A stretch of DNA of 64,000 bases, taken from NCBI GenBank assembly GCA_038747425.1, contig JBCDJV010000010.1:16521-80520 (forward strand), read 5' to 3'. The DNA is from Bacteroidota bacterium (GTDB lineage Bacteria > Bacteroidota > Rhodothermia > Rhodothermales > JBCDJV01). Below the pieces are notes generated by a model. The model saw only the letters and a list, made by a program, of their open reading frames with translations. It was not told the DNA's origin and did not search any database. Shown piece after piece: positions 1 through 7,567 of the stretch. Each line of letters opens with the position of its first letter. The first letter of the stretch is position 1. The position numbers and the translations under genes were made by a program.

Positions 1-1
1 T

Positions 2-394
2 GACTTCAACGAACGCAGCGCCTATCCGCACCCCGAAGAGTTTAAGGTGATGCGCCCTGAGTATGTGGAGGCCGAAGACGGCGACATCCAGGCGTCGATC
101 ACCATCACGCCGTTCCGCGTGGCCGGACGCAGCTCCACCAAACCCGGCGCCCGGCGCGCCGCCCTCTACGAAGCGGAGAAGACCTACCGCAACTACCACC
201 CCTCCTACCGCATCCCCAGCCCCTTCCCCGATGTCTTCATGGACCGCGAAGGCGTCCGCTGGAACCGCGTCCCCGTGCAACGCCGCAATGACCTCGGCGA
301 CTATCGCTTCACCGATGCCGACGGGGAGGAGGACTTCGCCGACATCGAGCAGATGCTGATGTGGGACGTGCGCCCCAAGCCAGAGGATGGCTAG
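2..394 (+). CDS. hypothetical protein, C-terminal fragment (5' end lies outside the window)
   Basis: Frame 2 is open from the window edge to TAG 392-394. Third codon positions are GC-rich like neighbouring genes. No family motif recognised. Confidence 0.5.
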   Translation, partial: DFNERSAYPHPEEFKVMRPEYVEAEDGDIQASITITPFRVAGRSSTKPGARRAALYEAEKTYRNYHPSYRIPSPFPDVFMDREGVRWNRVPVQRRNDLGDYRFTDADGEEDFADIEQMLMWDVRPKPEDG

Positions 395-557
395 TGCTGT
401 GTCAGGCCACATCTGATAGCCTCTGCGTGGCCTGGAGGCGGCTGCGCGGCGTTGGCCTCGTCGCCCGATGCACAGGCATCGCGCTCCTCGGCCGCCTGGC
501 TCAGCCACCCCCAGACGCACGCATCGATCTATCGACTATGACCTGACACAGCACTAG
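391..557. repeat. 167-bp inverted-repeat (MITE-like) element, family A variant
   Basis: Perfect 16-bp terminal inverted repeat: CTAGTGCTGTGTCAGG (391-406) and CCTGACACAGCACTAG (542-557). The internal core (about 435-520) aligns by eye with the core of the 18721-18883 element (GGCGTTGSCYTCGTCGCCCG ... CGCGCTCCTC). Confidence 0.6.
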
Positions 558-1564
558 GCGCCCAGCACCAACTCCTCGCTGCGTTGCAGCAGCGCCTGCT
601 TGTATGCGAGGTCGCTGGGCACCGGCAATTGGGCCACTCCGATCAGACGCCGCATCACCTCCATCCCCGCAAACTGCCGGGCCAGCGCGGCATCGAACGG
701 ACCCGTCGGCTGATACCGCTGCCAGACTTGGGCGTGGAGGGTGTCTGGCAAGCCCGCTAGCATCAGGTGAGCCAGCAGAATGCCCACATCGTACTCGGCC
801 GGGCCGAAAAAGCCGAACTCGGGATCGATGATGTATACGGCCTCGCCCGCCTGTACCCAGGACCCGGGAAAGAAGTCGCCGTGGAGTAAGGTGGGGCCAT
901 CTGTCAGGTAACGTGCCCCCAGCGCCGTGACCGCGTCCACGTAGGCCGCCTGTGCCTGCAGACGGCTCGCCTCGGCCTGCAAACCCGGCGTGATGGCCTC
1001 CAGGTCAAGGCCGTTGGCGGCACGCAGGGGAAAATCGAAGAGGTGCTCGTGGTTGAGCGCCCGCATGGCCCGGTTGGTGAGCTGAGCCTGCACCGGCGCG
1101 GGAAACGTGGCGGCATGGAGGGCTGAGAGCCAGTCTACGAGAGCGGAGAGGGCCGGGAGATCGGTGGCGGTGCCCGCATAGAGCCCCGTGAAATCGGCCA
1201 CGGCGCCCAGGTCGTCGATCAGCAGCACCCGGTGCTCGTCGTCCATGCCCAGGAGGGTCGGCATGCGCCCCGCCACGCTGGGGTGGGGCTGCACGGCTTG
1301 GTAGAAGGCGGCCTCCATCAGCGCCCGTTCGTCGGGGGCCGGGATCTGGGGGTATTTCTCCACCCAGGGCCGGGCTTGCTTGACGATGAGGGATCGCCGT
1401 GTGGTGGTCACCCGCATCGTGCAGTTCATGTTGCCCTCGCCAGCCCGCGCCACCTGTACCACGGCCTCGTCGGCCGCCAGCACGCCACGCGCGGACAGGT
1501 ACGCCGCCACGTCGTCGGGCTGGTCCGGCGAGAGGAGTGGGTACGGCACAGGAGGTGAGGACAT
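554..1564 (-). CDS. methylthioribose-kinase-like / aminoglycoside-phosphotransferase-fold kinase
   Basis: ORF-track frame 554..2077 trimmed to ATG 1562-1564 (MSSPPVPYP...). Motifs HGDFFPGSW and IIDPEFGFFGPAEYDVG resemble the catalytic and metal-binding loops of MtnK/APH kinases. The longer N-terminal extension overlaps the divergent gene. Confidence 0.8.
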   Translation of the reverse strand: MSSPPVPYPLLSPDQPDDVAAYLSARGVLAADEAVVQVARAGEGNMNCTMRVTTTRRSLIVKQARPWVEKYPQIPAPDERALMEAAFYQAVQPHPSVAGRMPTLLGMDDEHRVLLIDDLGAVADFTGLYAGTATDLPALSALVDWLSALHAATFPAPVQAQLTNRAMRALNHEHLFDFPLRAANGLDLEAITPGLQAEASRLQAQAAYVDAVTALGARYLTDGPTLLHGDFFPGSWVQAGEAVYIIDPEFGFFGPAEYDVGILLAHLMLAGLPDTLHAQVWQRYQPTGPFDAALARQFAGMEVMRRLIGVAQLPVPSDLAYKQALLQRSEELVLGA

Positions 1565-1654
1565 GGCGATCAGCGGTACACAGCAGTTGGCGAGGCTGGA
1601 TGCGGCGCCTATCTTGACGACTCGCGCCCGCAAGATGCCGCACCCGCTGTGTAC

Positions 1655-2815
1655 ATGCAACGCTTCATCGCCCCCGTCCTGGTCTTCGCGCTCGGCCTCG
1701 GGACCACCGCCACCCAGGCCCAGCCGCTTCCCCTGCGCGACCGCGTCGAGGGCCTCCTGATCGGCGCCCTCGTGGGTGACGCGGCCGGTGGCCCTGTCGA
1801 GTTCCAGCCTGCGCAACGCGGTCCCTGGACGGCCGTGGACACGCCGCTCACCGACGCCAGCCGCCAAGCCCTGGCCACGGCATTCCACCTGCGGCCCTAC
1901 GACCGCGCCGGTGCCCCCTACGCCCACTGGACCGACTACGGCCCCCCAGGCACCGTCACGGACGACTCCCGCTTCAAGGTCCTCTTCATGCAGGCCCTCC
2001 GCCGAGCCGGTCAGCCCGATCGGAACGTCTTCGCCGAGACGCTGCTGGCAACTTGGGCGGACACGACCGGCCCGCACGCCGCGCTACGCCGCGCCTGGCT
2101 CGACGAGTTTGCCTACTCGGCCCGCTGGGTGCTCGGTCAGCGAGGCCCAGACGCCCGCCCACCCGAACGCGCCTGGGGCGGTATCCCCACCATGGCGGGG
2201 CAGATGCCCTTCCTGCCCATCGCGGCCCTGCACCCCAACAACCCGGAGGCCGCCTACCGGGCGACCTGGCACGTGGACTTCCTCGATAACGGTACCGCCC
2301 GCGACCTCAATGCAGCGCTGGTAGCCGGCCTGGCCGCGGCGCTCACCGACGACGCCACCTGGGCCTCCGTGGAGCAGGCCATGCGCACCACCGACCCCTA
2401 TGGCTTCGGCGAGATCGAGTGGGTACCGCGCCGTCTTGATCGCTGGCTGGACCGAGCCCACCACATGGTAGCCCGCGCCGACGGACGTCCGTACCGGCTC
2501 TATCAGATCCTGGAAGCCGAACTGGGAGCCGAGACCTGGTGGGAGGCCTGGGTCCCGATGACCGTGGTGTTCGCCTGTGCCGAGCTAGCCGACTACGACC
2601 CGTTGGCCTCCATGCAACTCGTCCTGGAGTTTGGGTACGACACCGACTCCTACCTCCAGGTTATGGGAGCCATCCTGGGCGCTCTCCACGGTCCCACCGC
2701 CTTCCCCACCGGCATCCGCGAGACGGTGGCGGCCCAGTTCCAGGCAGACTATGGCGTGCAGCTTGACGCCTGGGTGGACACCCTGATGGAGCTGGCGGCC
2801 TCCGCAGGCCATTGA
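1655..2815 (+). CDS. ADP-ribosylglycohydrolase family protein with N-terminal signal peptide
   Basis: Signal-like N-terminus MQRFIAPVLVFALGLGTTATQAQ, followed by the ARH/DraG-family N-terminal signature GALVGDAAGGPVEF. ATG 1655 preferred over GTG 1649. Confidence 0.85.
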   Translation: MQRFIAPVLVFALGLGTTATQAQPLPLRDRVEGLLIGALVGDAAGGPVEFQPAQRGPWTAVDTPLTDASRQALATAFHLRPYDRAGAPYAHWTDYGPPGTVTDDSRFKVLFMQALRRAGQPDRNVFAETLLATWADTTGPHAALRRAWLDEFAYSARWVLGQRGPDARPPERAWGGIPTMAGQMPFLPIAALHPNNPEAAYRATWHVDFLDNGTARDLNAALVAGLAAALTDDATWASVEQAMRTTDPYGFGEIEWVPRRLDRWLDRAHHMVARADGRPYRLYQILEAELGAETWWEAWVPMTVVFACAELADYDPLASMQLVLEFGYDTDSYLQVMGAILGALHGPTAFPTGIRETVAAQFQADYGVQLDAWVDTLMELAASAGH

Positions 2816-2862
2816 GAGGCTGACTATGAATGGCCGGTGAAGGGCCGCAAACGGCTCTGGAG
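2815..2862 (+). repeat. family A repeat, left-end segment
   Basis: AGAGGCTGACTATGAATGGCCGGTGAAGGGCCGCAAACGGCTCTGGAG matches 18721-18768 at 45 of 48 positions (hand alignment). It begins on the last base of the TGA stop at 2813-2815. The rest of the 2863-3016 spacer is only loosely similar. Confidence 0.65.
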
Positions 2863-3016
2863 GTGCCAGGGCTCTCGCCGCAGATCGGCCTTGGCTTCCA
2901 CGAGCGCGGCCCGTTCTTCCGGTGTTTCTCGCGGCAGAGGACCGTTTGTACCTCAGAGAGCGACTCCAGATGTACCTGTTTCTCCGGAGAAAGCCGCTCA
3001 CCGGAGGGTGACGAGG

Positions 3017-4000
3017 TCAGTCAGACGTAGCGCCAGGAACGTCGGACACGGCCGGGAGAACGATCGTAAAGCGTGCGCCCTCCCCCTCGGTGCTCTCCAC
3101 CGTCAGGGTGCCACCGTGGCCCTGCGTCACGATGTCGTAGCTGAGGCTCAGCCCCAAGCCGGTGCCACGGCCGCTGGGCTTGGTGGTGAAGAAAGGGGTG
3201 AAGATCTTCTCGCAGAGTCCCTGGGGGATGCCCAGGCCGTTGTCGCCCACTTCAATCACCACGCGGGTGTCCGTGCGTCGCGTGGTGACGGTCACGCGGG
3301 GCGCATAGGCCGCGTCCCGCTGGGTGGCGGCCTCCTGAACGGCGTCGAAGGCGTTGCCCACGAGGTTGAGGACCACGCGGCCGAGGGCCTGAGGCAGGAC
3401 CTCCACGGTGCCTACCTCGTCGGCCAGTGTGGGCTCCAAGGCCACGGTGAAGCCCGGCGTCTGTGCACGCTTGCCGTGGTAAGCGAGGTCCACATGCTCA
3501 GCAACCAGCTTGTTGAGGTCCACTGTCTCCTTTTCACCAGCTCCATCGCGCGCGTGGGCCATCATGCTGCGGACGATGCGGTCGGCGCGCTGCCCGTGCT
3601 CGCGGATGATGCCCGCGTTCTGCGCCAGGTCTTCCAACAGCTCCTGGGTCAGGGCGGGGTCGGGGTCTCCGTCCAGGGCCTCGCGCAGTTCGTCCAACAG
3701 CTCCGCGTTGACCTCGGCGAAGTTGGTGATGAAGTTGAGCGGGTTCTTGATCTCGTGGGCGATGCCCGCTGTGAGGGCGCCCAGGCTGGCCAGCTTATCC
3801 TGATGGATCAGCTGGGCCTGAGCGGCCCGCAGCTCCTGACGCGTGTGCTGCATAGCCGCCATGGCGGACTCCAAGGCCGCCGTGCGGGTGGCCACTTGAT
3901 GCTCTAGCTCGGCGGCACGGGCACGTACAACCTCTAACTCGGCCTGCAACCGGTTCACATCGGGGCGCCGAGAGAAGGGACGGGTGGATTCTTCGTTCAT
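3017..4000 (-). CDS. cytoplasmic sensor histidine kinase (coiled-coil N-terminus, HisKA + HATPase_c)
   Basis: H-box LGALTAGIAHEIKNPLNF. ATP-lid boxes NLVGNAFDA, DNGLGIP and GTGLGLS. No TM segments. ATG 3998-4000 overlaps the TGA of the upstream receiver gene (ATGA). Confidence 0.9.
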   Translation of the reverse strand: MNEESTRPFSRRPDVNRLQAELEVVRARAAELEHQVATRTAALESAMAAMQHTRQELRAAQAQLIHQDKLASLGALTAGIAHEIKNPLNFITNFAEVNAELLDELREALDGDPDPALTQELLEDLAQNAGIIREHGQRADRIVRSMMAHARDGAGEKETVDLNKLVAEHVDLAYHGKRAQTPGFTVALEPTLADEVGTVEVLPQALGRVVLNLVGNAFDAVQEAATQRDAAYAPRVTVTTRRTDTRVVIEVGDNGLGIPQGLCEKIFTPFFTTKPSGRGTGLGLSLSYDIVTQGHGGTLTVESTEGEGARFTIVLPAVSDVPGATSD

Positions 4001-4395
4001 CCCTGGGCCTCCTGTTGCTCCACGAGCACGCGGATCTGGACCTTGAGCGCCTTGAAGTCAATGGGCTTGGTCAGATACCCATCACAGTCGTGCGCACGGG
4101 CCTGCTCACGGTAGTCGGCGCCTCCGTAGGCCGTCATCATGCACACCGGCACCGGCGGAGGCTCGGCTTTGATGCGCTGAAGCAGCTCCAGGCCCGTCAT
4201 GCCGGGCATGTTGATGTCGGACAGCACCAGCACGACGTCGGCTCGGCCTTGCTGATGCAGCGTCTGGAGGGCCTCCTCGCCCGAGAAGGCAAACAGGAGC
4301 TCCAGTTCGCCTCGGCGCACCTCCCGCCGGAAGCGTTGGCGAAACAGGAGCTCTACGTCTCGTTCGTCATCAACGATGAGCACTTTCGTGGCCAT
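3997..4395 (-). CDS. single-domain response regulator (CheY-like receiver)
   Basis: KVLIVDDE ... VLVLSDINMPGMTG ... YLTKP carries the canonical receiver residues. 132 aa with no output domain. Confidence 0.9.
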   Translation of the reverse strand: MATKVLIVDDERDVELLFRQRFRREVRRGELELLFAFSGEEALQTLHQQGRADVVLVLSDINMPGMTGLELLQRIKAEPPPVPVCMMTAYGGADYREQARAHDCDGYLTKPIDFKALKVQIRVLVEQQEAQG

Positions 4396-4540
4396 GACCG
4401 TACAAACGATGGGTGAACAGGAAGGCCTGGCGCTTGAACATAGCCTTCCTCACCCTCAGGTGCGAGGCCGCCGTATACAACGCCTTCCTTCCCCCATACG
4501 TCGCCCAGGGCCGAATCGGCTCATGGCCGGGCGATTCCCA

Positions 4541-5236
4541 TCACACCGGACAGGCCAGGATGGCCGCTCCGACCCCGCTCAGACTGGGCACCGTGAGTGT
4601 GGGCGATACGCCCCACGGGTCGAACACAGACGCTGGGTCGCGGCGGACCCAACAACCGTGAAGACCCGCTGCTTGCGCCCCCAGCACGTCGAAGGGATTG
4701 CCCGAAATCAGCCAGGCGGGCCCACCGCCAGCGCCGGAGGCACGGCGGAAGTGGGCATAGACGGCTGGGCTGGGCTTGAAGACGCGCACTGGTTCCACGC
4801 TCACCACCCCGTCAAATGCATCGCGCAGCCCGGCGTGGCGCAGCACCGCGTCTACGTCGTCGGCGCGGCCGTTGGAGAACGCGTAGACGCGAAAGACTGC
4901 TCGGTCCAGCGCGGCCAACCCAGTCTCGGCATCCGGGAAAGCCGGTAGGGAGGCGTAGCTGGCCACCACGTCGGCCTGCGCGGCCTCGCTGAGGTCCAGC
5001 CTCTCGTGGGCCAGCGCGAAGGCCAGCGCTTCCTGCGTCACCTGGCTGAAGGGCACGTAGGCCTGCATGAGCCCGCGCCGGAAGCTGTAGGCCAGCTGCG
5101 TCCGCCGCCACACCGCCGCCACCGCTTCCGCCCGCTCCCCCACGTGGGTCCGTAGCCGGTCCACCACCCCACCCGGGTCGATGAGAGTGCCGTAGACGTC
5201 GATCCCAAGCGTAATGCGCGGCACGGGACTCGTCAC
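4541..5236 (-). CDS. haloacid dehalogenase type II (HAD superfamily)
   Basis: GIDVYGTLID (HAD motif I, DxYGT variant typical of type II dehalogenases), FSNG, VFKPSPAVY. There is no nearby in-frame ATG. GTG 5234-5236 overlaps the TGA of the Uma2 gene (GTGA). Confidence 0.8.
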   Translation of the reverse strand: MTSPVPRITLGIDVYGTLIDPGGVVDRLRTHVGERAEAVAAVWRRTQLAYSFRRGLMQAYVPFSQVTQEALAFALAHERLDLSEAAQADVVASYASLPAFPDAETGLAALDRAVFRVYAFSNGRADDVDAVLRHAGLRDAFDGVVSVEPVRVFKPSPAVYAHFRRASGAGGGPAWLISGNPFDVLGAQAAGLHGCWVRRDPASVFDPWGVSPTLTVPSLSGVGAAILACPV

Positions 5237-5751
5237 AGGTCGATGCGGACGGGCGCTCCAGGCACCAGGGTGGAGGCGGGGCGGCGCCCGGTGGCGTCGA
5301 AGAAGAACAGCTGCCCCTCCAAATCGCAGATCCACACCTCCTGCGCCCCCGCCGCCAGGTACAGGCGGCGCTGCTGGGCCATCTCCTCTTCCGTGTTGCC
5401 CGGCGAGAGGATCTCGACGCACAGCTCGGGGGCCACCTCGGCCTCGGCCGTGCCTGCGATGCGCCGAAGCCGCCCAGCGGAGACGTAGGCCACGTCGGCC
5501 ACCCGCGTCCCTTGCTCAGTCCGAATGGCACACTCGGTGAGGACTTCGCCGTCTCCAGGGAGTTGGGTCCACAGCAGCCGTGCCAGACGAGATTGATACC
5601 GGCTGTGATCGATGCGGGTGGGGCTCATCAGGAGCTGGCCGTGCTGGTTGAGCTCAATCTTGAAGGGAAGATCGCGCAGGCTGGGGTGGCGGCACACGGC
5701 CTCCCAGGTCAGCCCGGTGGTGGGCAGCGTCTCGATCGTGCGGAGATCCAT
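5233..5751 (-). CDS. Uma2-family (DUF820) putative PD-(D/E)xK endonuclease
   Basis: 172 aa. The pattern ADVAYV ... PELCVEILSPGNT ... YLAAGAQEVWI matches the Uma2 / putative restriction endonuclease family as I remember it. Confidence 0.75.
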   Translation of the reverse strand: MDLRTIETLPTTGLTWEAVCRHPSLRDLPFKIELNQHGQLLMSPTRIDHSRYQSRLARLLWTQLPGDGEVLTECAIRTEQGTRVADVAYVSAGRLRRIAGTAEAEVAPELCVEILSPGNTEEEMAQQRRLYLAAGAQEVWICDLEGQLFFFDATGRRPASTLVPGAPVRIDL

Positions 5752-5774
5752 GGGGCGGTCCGGCTTGGTGACGG

Positions 5775-7508
5775 TCAGCGGTAGCGCCAGCTCGTGAGAT
5801 CGGCGCCCGCGGGGGCGGCGGTCTGCATGCGCTTGAGCATCTGGGGCACGTACAGGGTGTTGTACCGGAGGCGCGAGACGTGGTTCGGGTTGAAGGGGTC
5901 GCCGTTCCAGCAGTGCTCGGCGCGGTCGCCATAGGTGACCACACCGTCGTAGTGCGGGGCGCGGGTGGACGCCAGGAACGCTTCGGTCAGGTAGACGGCG
6001 TTGTTGAGGTAGTAGTTGTCCATGTCGCCGGTGTGGATGTGGATCTTGCCCACCAGCTTGGGCCCCAGGGTGGCCCAGTCGCGCTCCAGGATGTGGCGCA
6101 GGTCGTAGTGCTCGCGCCAGTAGGTGGCCACCGCAGGATCGATGGCGCCGGTGCGTTTGTCCCAGATGGGCTGCGGGTAGCCGTCATCCCCCAGGGGCGA
6201 GTAGGTGGCCTGCCAGATGTCCCACTGCCCTCCGGAGCGGCCCCGCGTGCCAAGGACCAGCTCCAGATGGTTCTCATCGCGCACCGTGTAGTGGACGCGC
6301 CCCAGGTAATCGCGCCGCGCCGGCCGCTCCAGCCGGTTGAACAGCCCCTCGTCGTAGTACGCGTTGGTGTGTTCGTAGAGGTTGATCAGCTCGAACGCCC
6401 GGAAATCGATGGGATCGGGGCAGGCGGCGAAGGTGCCGTTGAAGTCGTCGGGGTAGAAGACCTGCACAGCCAGCGCCTCCCAGCCGCCCGTGGAGCCGCC
6501 GTAGGTGAAGCGGGCCCACCCCTCGCCGATCCCTCGGAAGCGGTCTTCGATGTGGGGGACCAGCTCCCGCATGATGGCGTCGCCGTAGGGGCCCTGGCTG
6601 GCCGAGTTGACGGCGTAGGAGTCGTCGTAGTAGGGCGTCGGGTGTTGGACCTCGATGATGAGGAAGCGGGGGAAGTCCTCGCTGGTCCACTGCTGGTAGA
6701 AGCGGTAAGCTTCTTCTTGCTGGATGTGGTTGTAGCAGTCGACGTCGAACCGGGCACTGTACTGGCAGGGCGTGCTGTAGTCTGGGGGCGTGGTCCGAAA
6801 GCCGCCGAAGTCAGCGGGGAAGTGGCCGTGGAAGATGACGAGCGGATAGCGTGCCTCCGGGTGGTCCTCGAAGCCTTTGGGCAGCAGCACGTGGGCGCCC
6901 AGCTCCATCGGGCGGCCCCAGAAGTCGGTCAGCAGGTCACTCTGGATCCGGACGTGCTTCACCCACTCGGTGTCGGCCGGGGGCTCGATGGGCGGGATCT
7001 GCTGATCAAGCCTGAGGCGGATCGTGGCGCCACGCTCGGGATCGATGGTGACCGTCTGCGGCGTGCTGTAGAGGTTACCGGGCTTGCGGTTCCACTGCTG
7101 CCCCTCGCCTTGGTCCGGGGGCAGGCTGACGGTGTGCCCGGTGGCCAGCTCGAACGTTTCGTAGCGGTTGAAGAGGGCCTGCACCACGTACGTACCCGCC
7201 GGCAGGTCGGCCAGCCGCTCCACCGGATAGCCGAAGACGTCGGCCCCGAACACGGCCTCCTCGCCCGCGCCCCACTCGGTCACGTCGATCCCGAACACGG
7301 GGATGGCCTGGAGGCCCGGCCGTACGCGGAAGCGCGGCTCCGGCGCCTCCTCGTTGCCCGCTGGCGCCAGCATCAGCAGCACGCGCCCCTGCTGGGCCTC
7401 GGCGTACTGGTCGGCGCCGTAGGTGACGATCACCTCCAGGTGATCAGCATGGGCCTGCACAGCGGGGGCGAGCAGGAGAAGGACGAAGGAGGCTAGGAAA
7501 CGTGGCAT
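5775..7508 (-). CDS. secreted esterase-family alpha/beta hydrolase (esterase D / enterochelin-esterase-like)
   Basis: Signal peptide MPRFLASFVLLLLAPAVQA starting from ATG 7508. Nucleophile-elbow-like FTYGGSTGGWEA. The GTG at 7571 is an alternative start that overlaps the sulfatase stop. Confidence 0.7.
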   Translation of the reverse strand: MPRFLASFVLLLLAPAVQAHADHLEVIVTYGADQYAEAQQGRVLLMLAPAGNEEAPEPRFRVRPGLQAIPVFGIDVTEWGAGEEAVFGADVFGYPVERLADLPAGTYVVQALFNRYETFELATGHTVSLPPDQGEGQQWNRKPGNLYSTPQTVTIDPERGATIRLRLDQQIPPIEPPADTEWVKHVRIQSDLLTDFWGRPMELGAHVLLPKGFEDHPEARYPLVIFHGHFPADFGGFRTTPPDYSTPCQYSARFDVDCYNHIQQEEAYRFYQQWTSEDFPRFLIIEVQHPTPYYDDSYAVNSASQGPYGDAIMRELVPHIEDRFRGIGEGWARFTYGGSTGGWEALAVQVFYPDDFNGTFAACPDPIDFRAFELINLYEHTNAYYDEGLFNRLERPARRDYLGRVHYTVRDENHLELVLGTRGRSGGQWDIWQATYSPLGDDGYPQPIWDKRTGAIDPAVATYWREHYDLRHILERDWATLGPKLVGKIHIHTGDMDNYYLNNAVYLTEAFLASTRAPHYDGVVTYGDRAEHCWNGDPFNPNHVSRLRYNTLYVPQMLKRMQTAAPAGADLTSWRYR

Positions 7509-7567
7509 GAGGGGTGGGGTCCGGGTGAGGGGAACGCGGTACATGGTGGCGGCACTCGTGGACGACC

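Noticed and set aside
554-2077. Long N-terminal extensions in the ORF track. Examples: 554-2077 (507 aa), 14784-16007 (407 aa), 4541-5422, 26235-27764, 27793-28413, 14008-14688, 58071-58601, 60146-62212.
   Set aside because: The extensions lack homology signal, overlap divergent genes or repeat elements, and internal ATG/GTG starts give proper signal peptides or canonical N-termini. I trimmed them accordingly. The exact starts remain predictions.
5880-7496. Very long ORFs antisense to or out of frame with recognised genes. Examples: 5880-7496 (+), 9025-11616 (+), 16090-17655 (-), 28751-30091 (-), 46850-48562 (+), 52856-54883 (+), 2837-3907 (+), 38143-39090 (-).
   Set aside because: These are typical shadow ORFs of high-GC DNA. 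Their translations are Arg/Gly/Ala/Pro/Val-rich with no motifs. Each one fully overlaps a gene on the other strand or frame that has clear family signatures.
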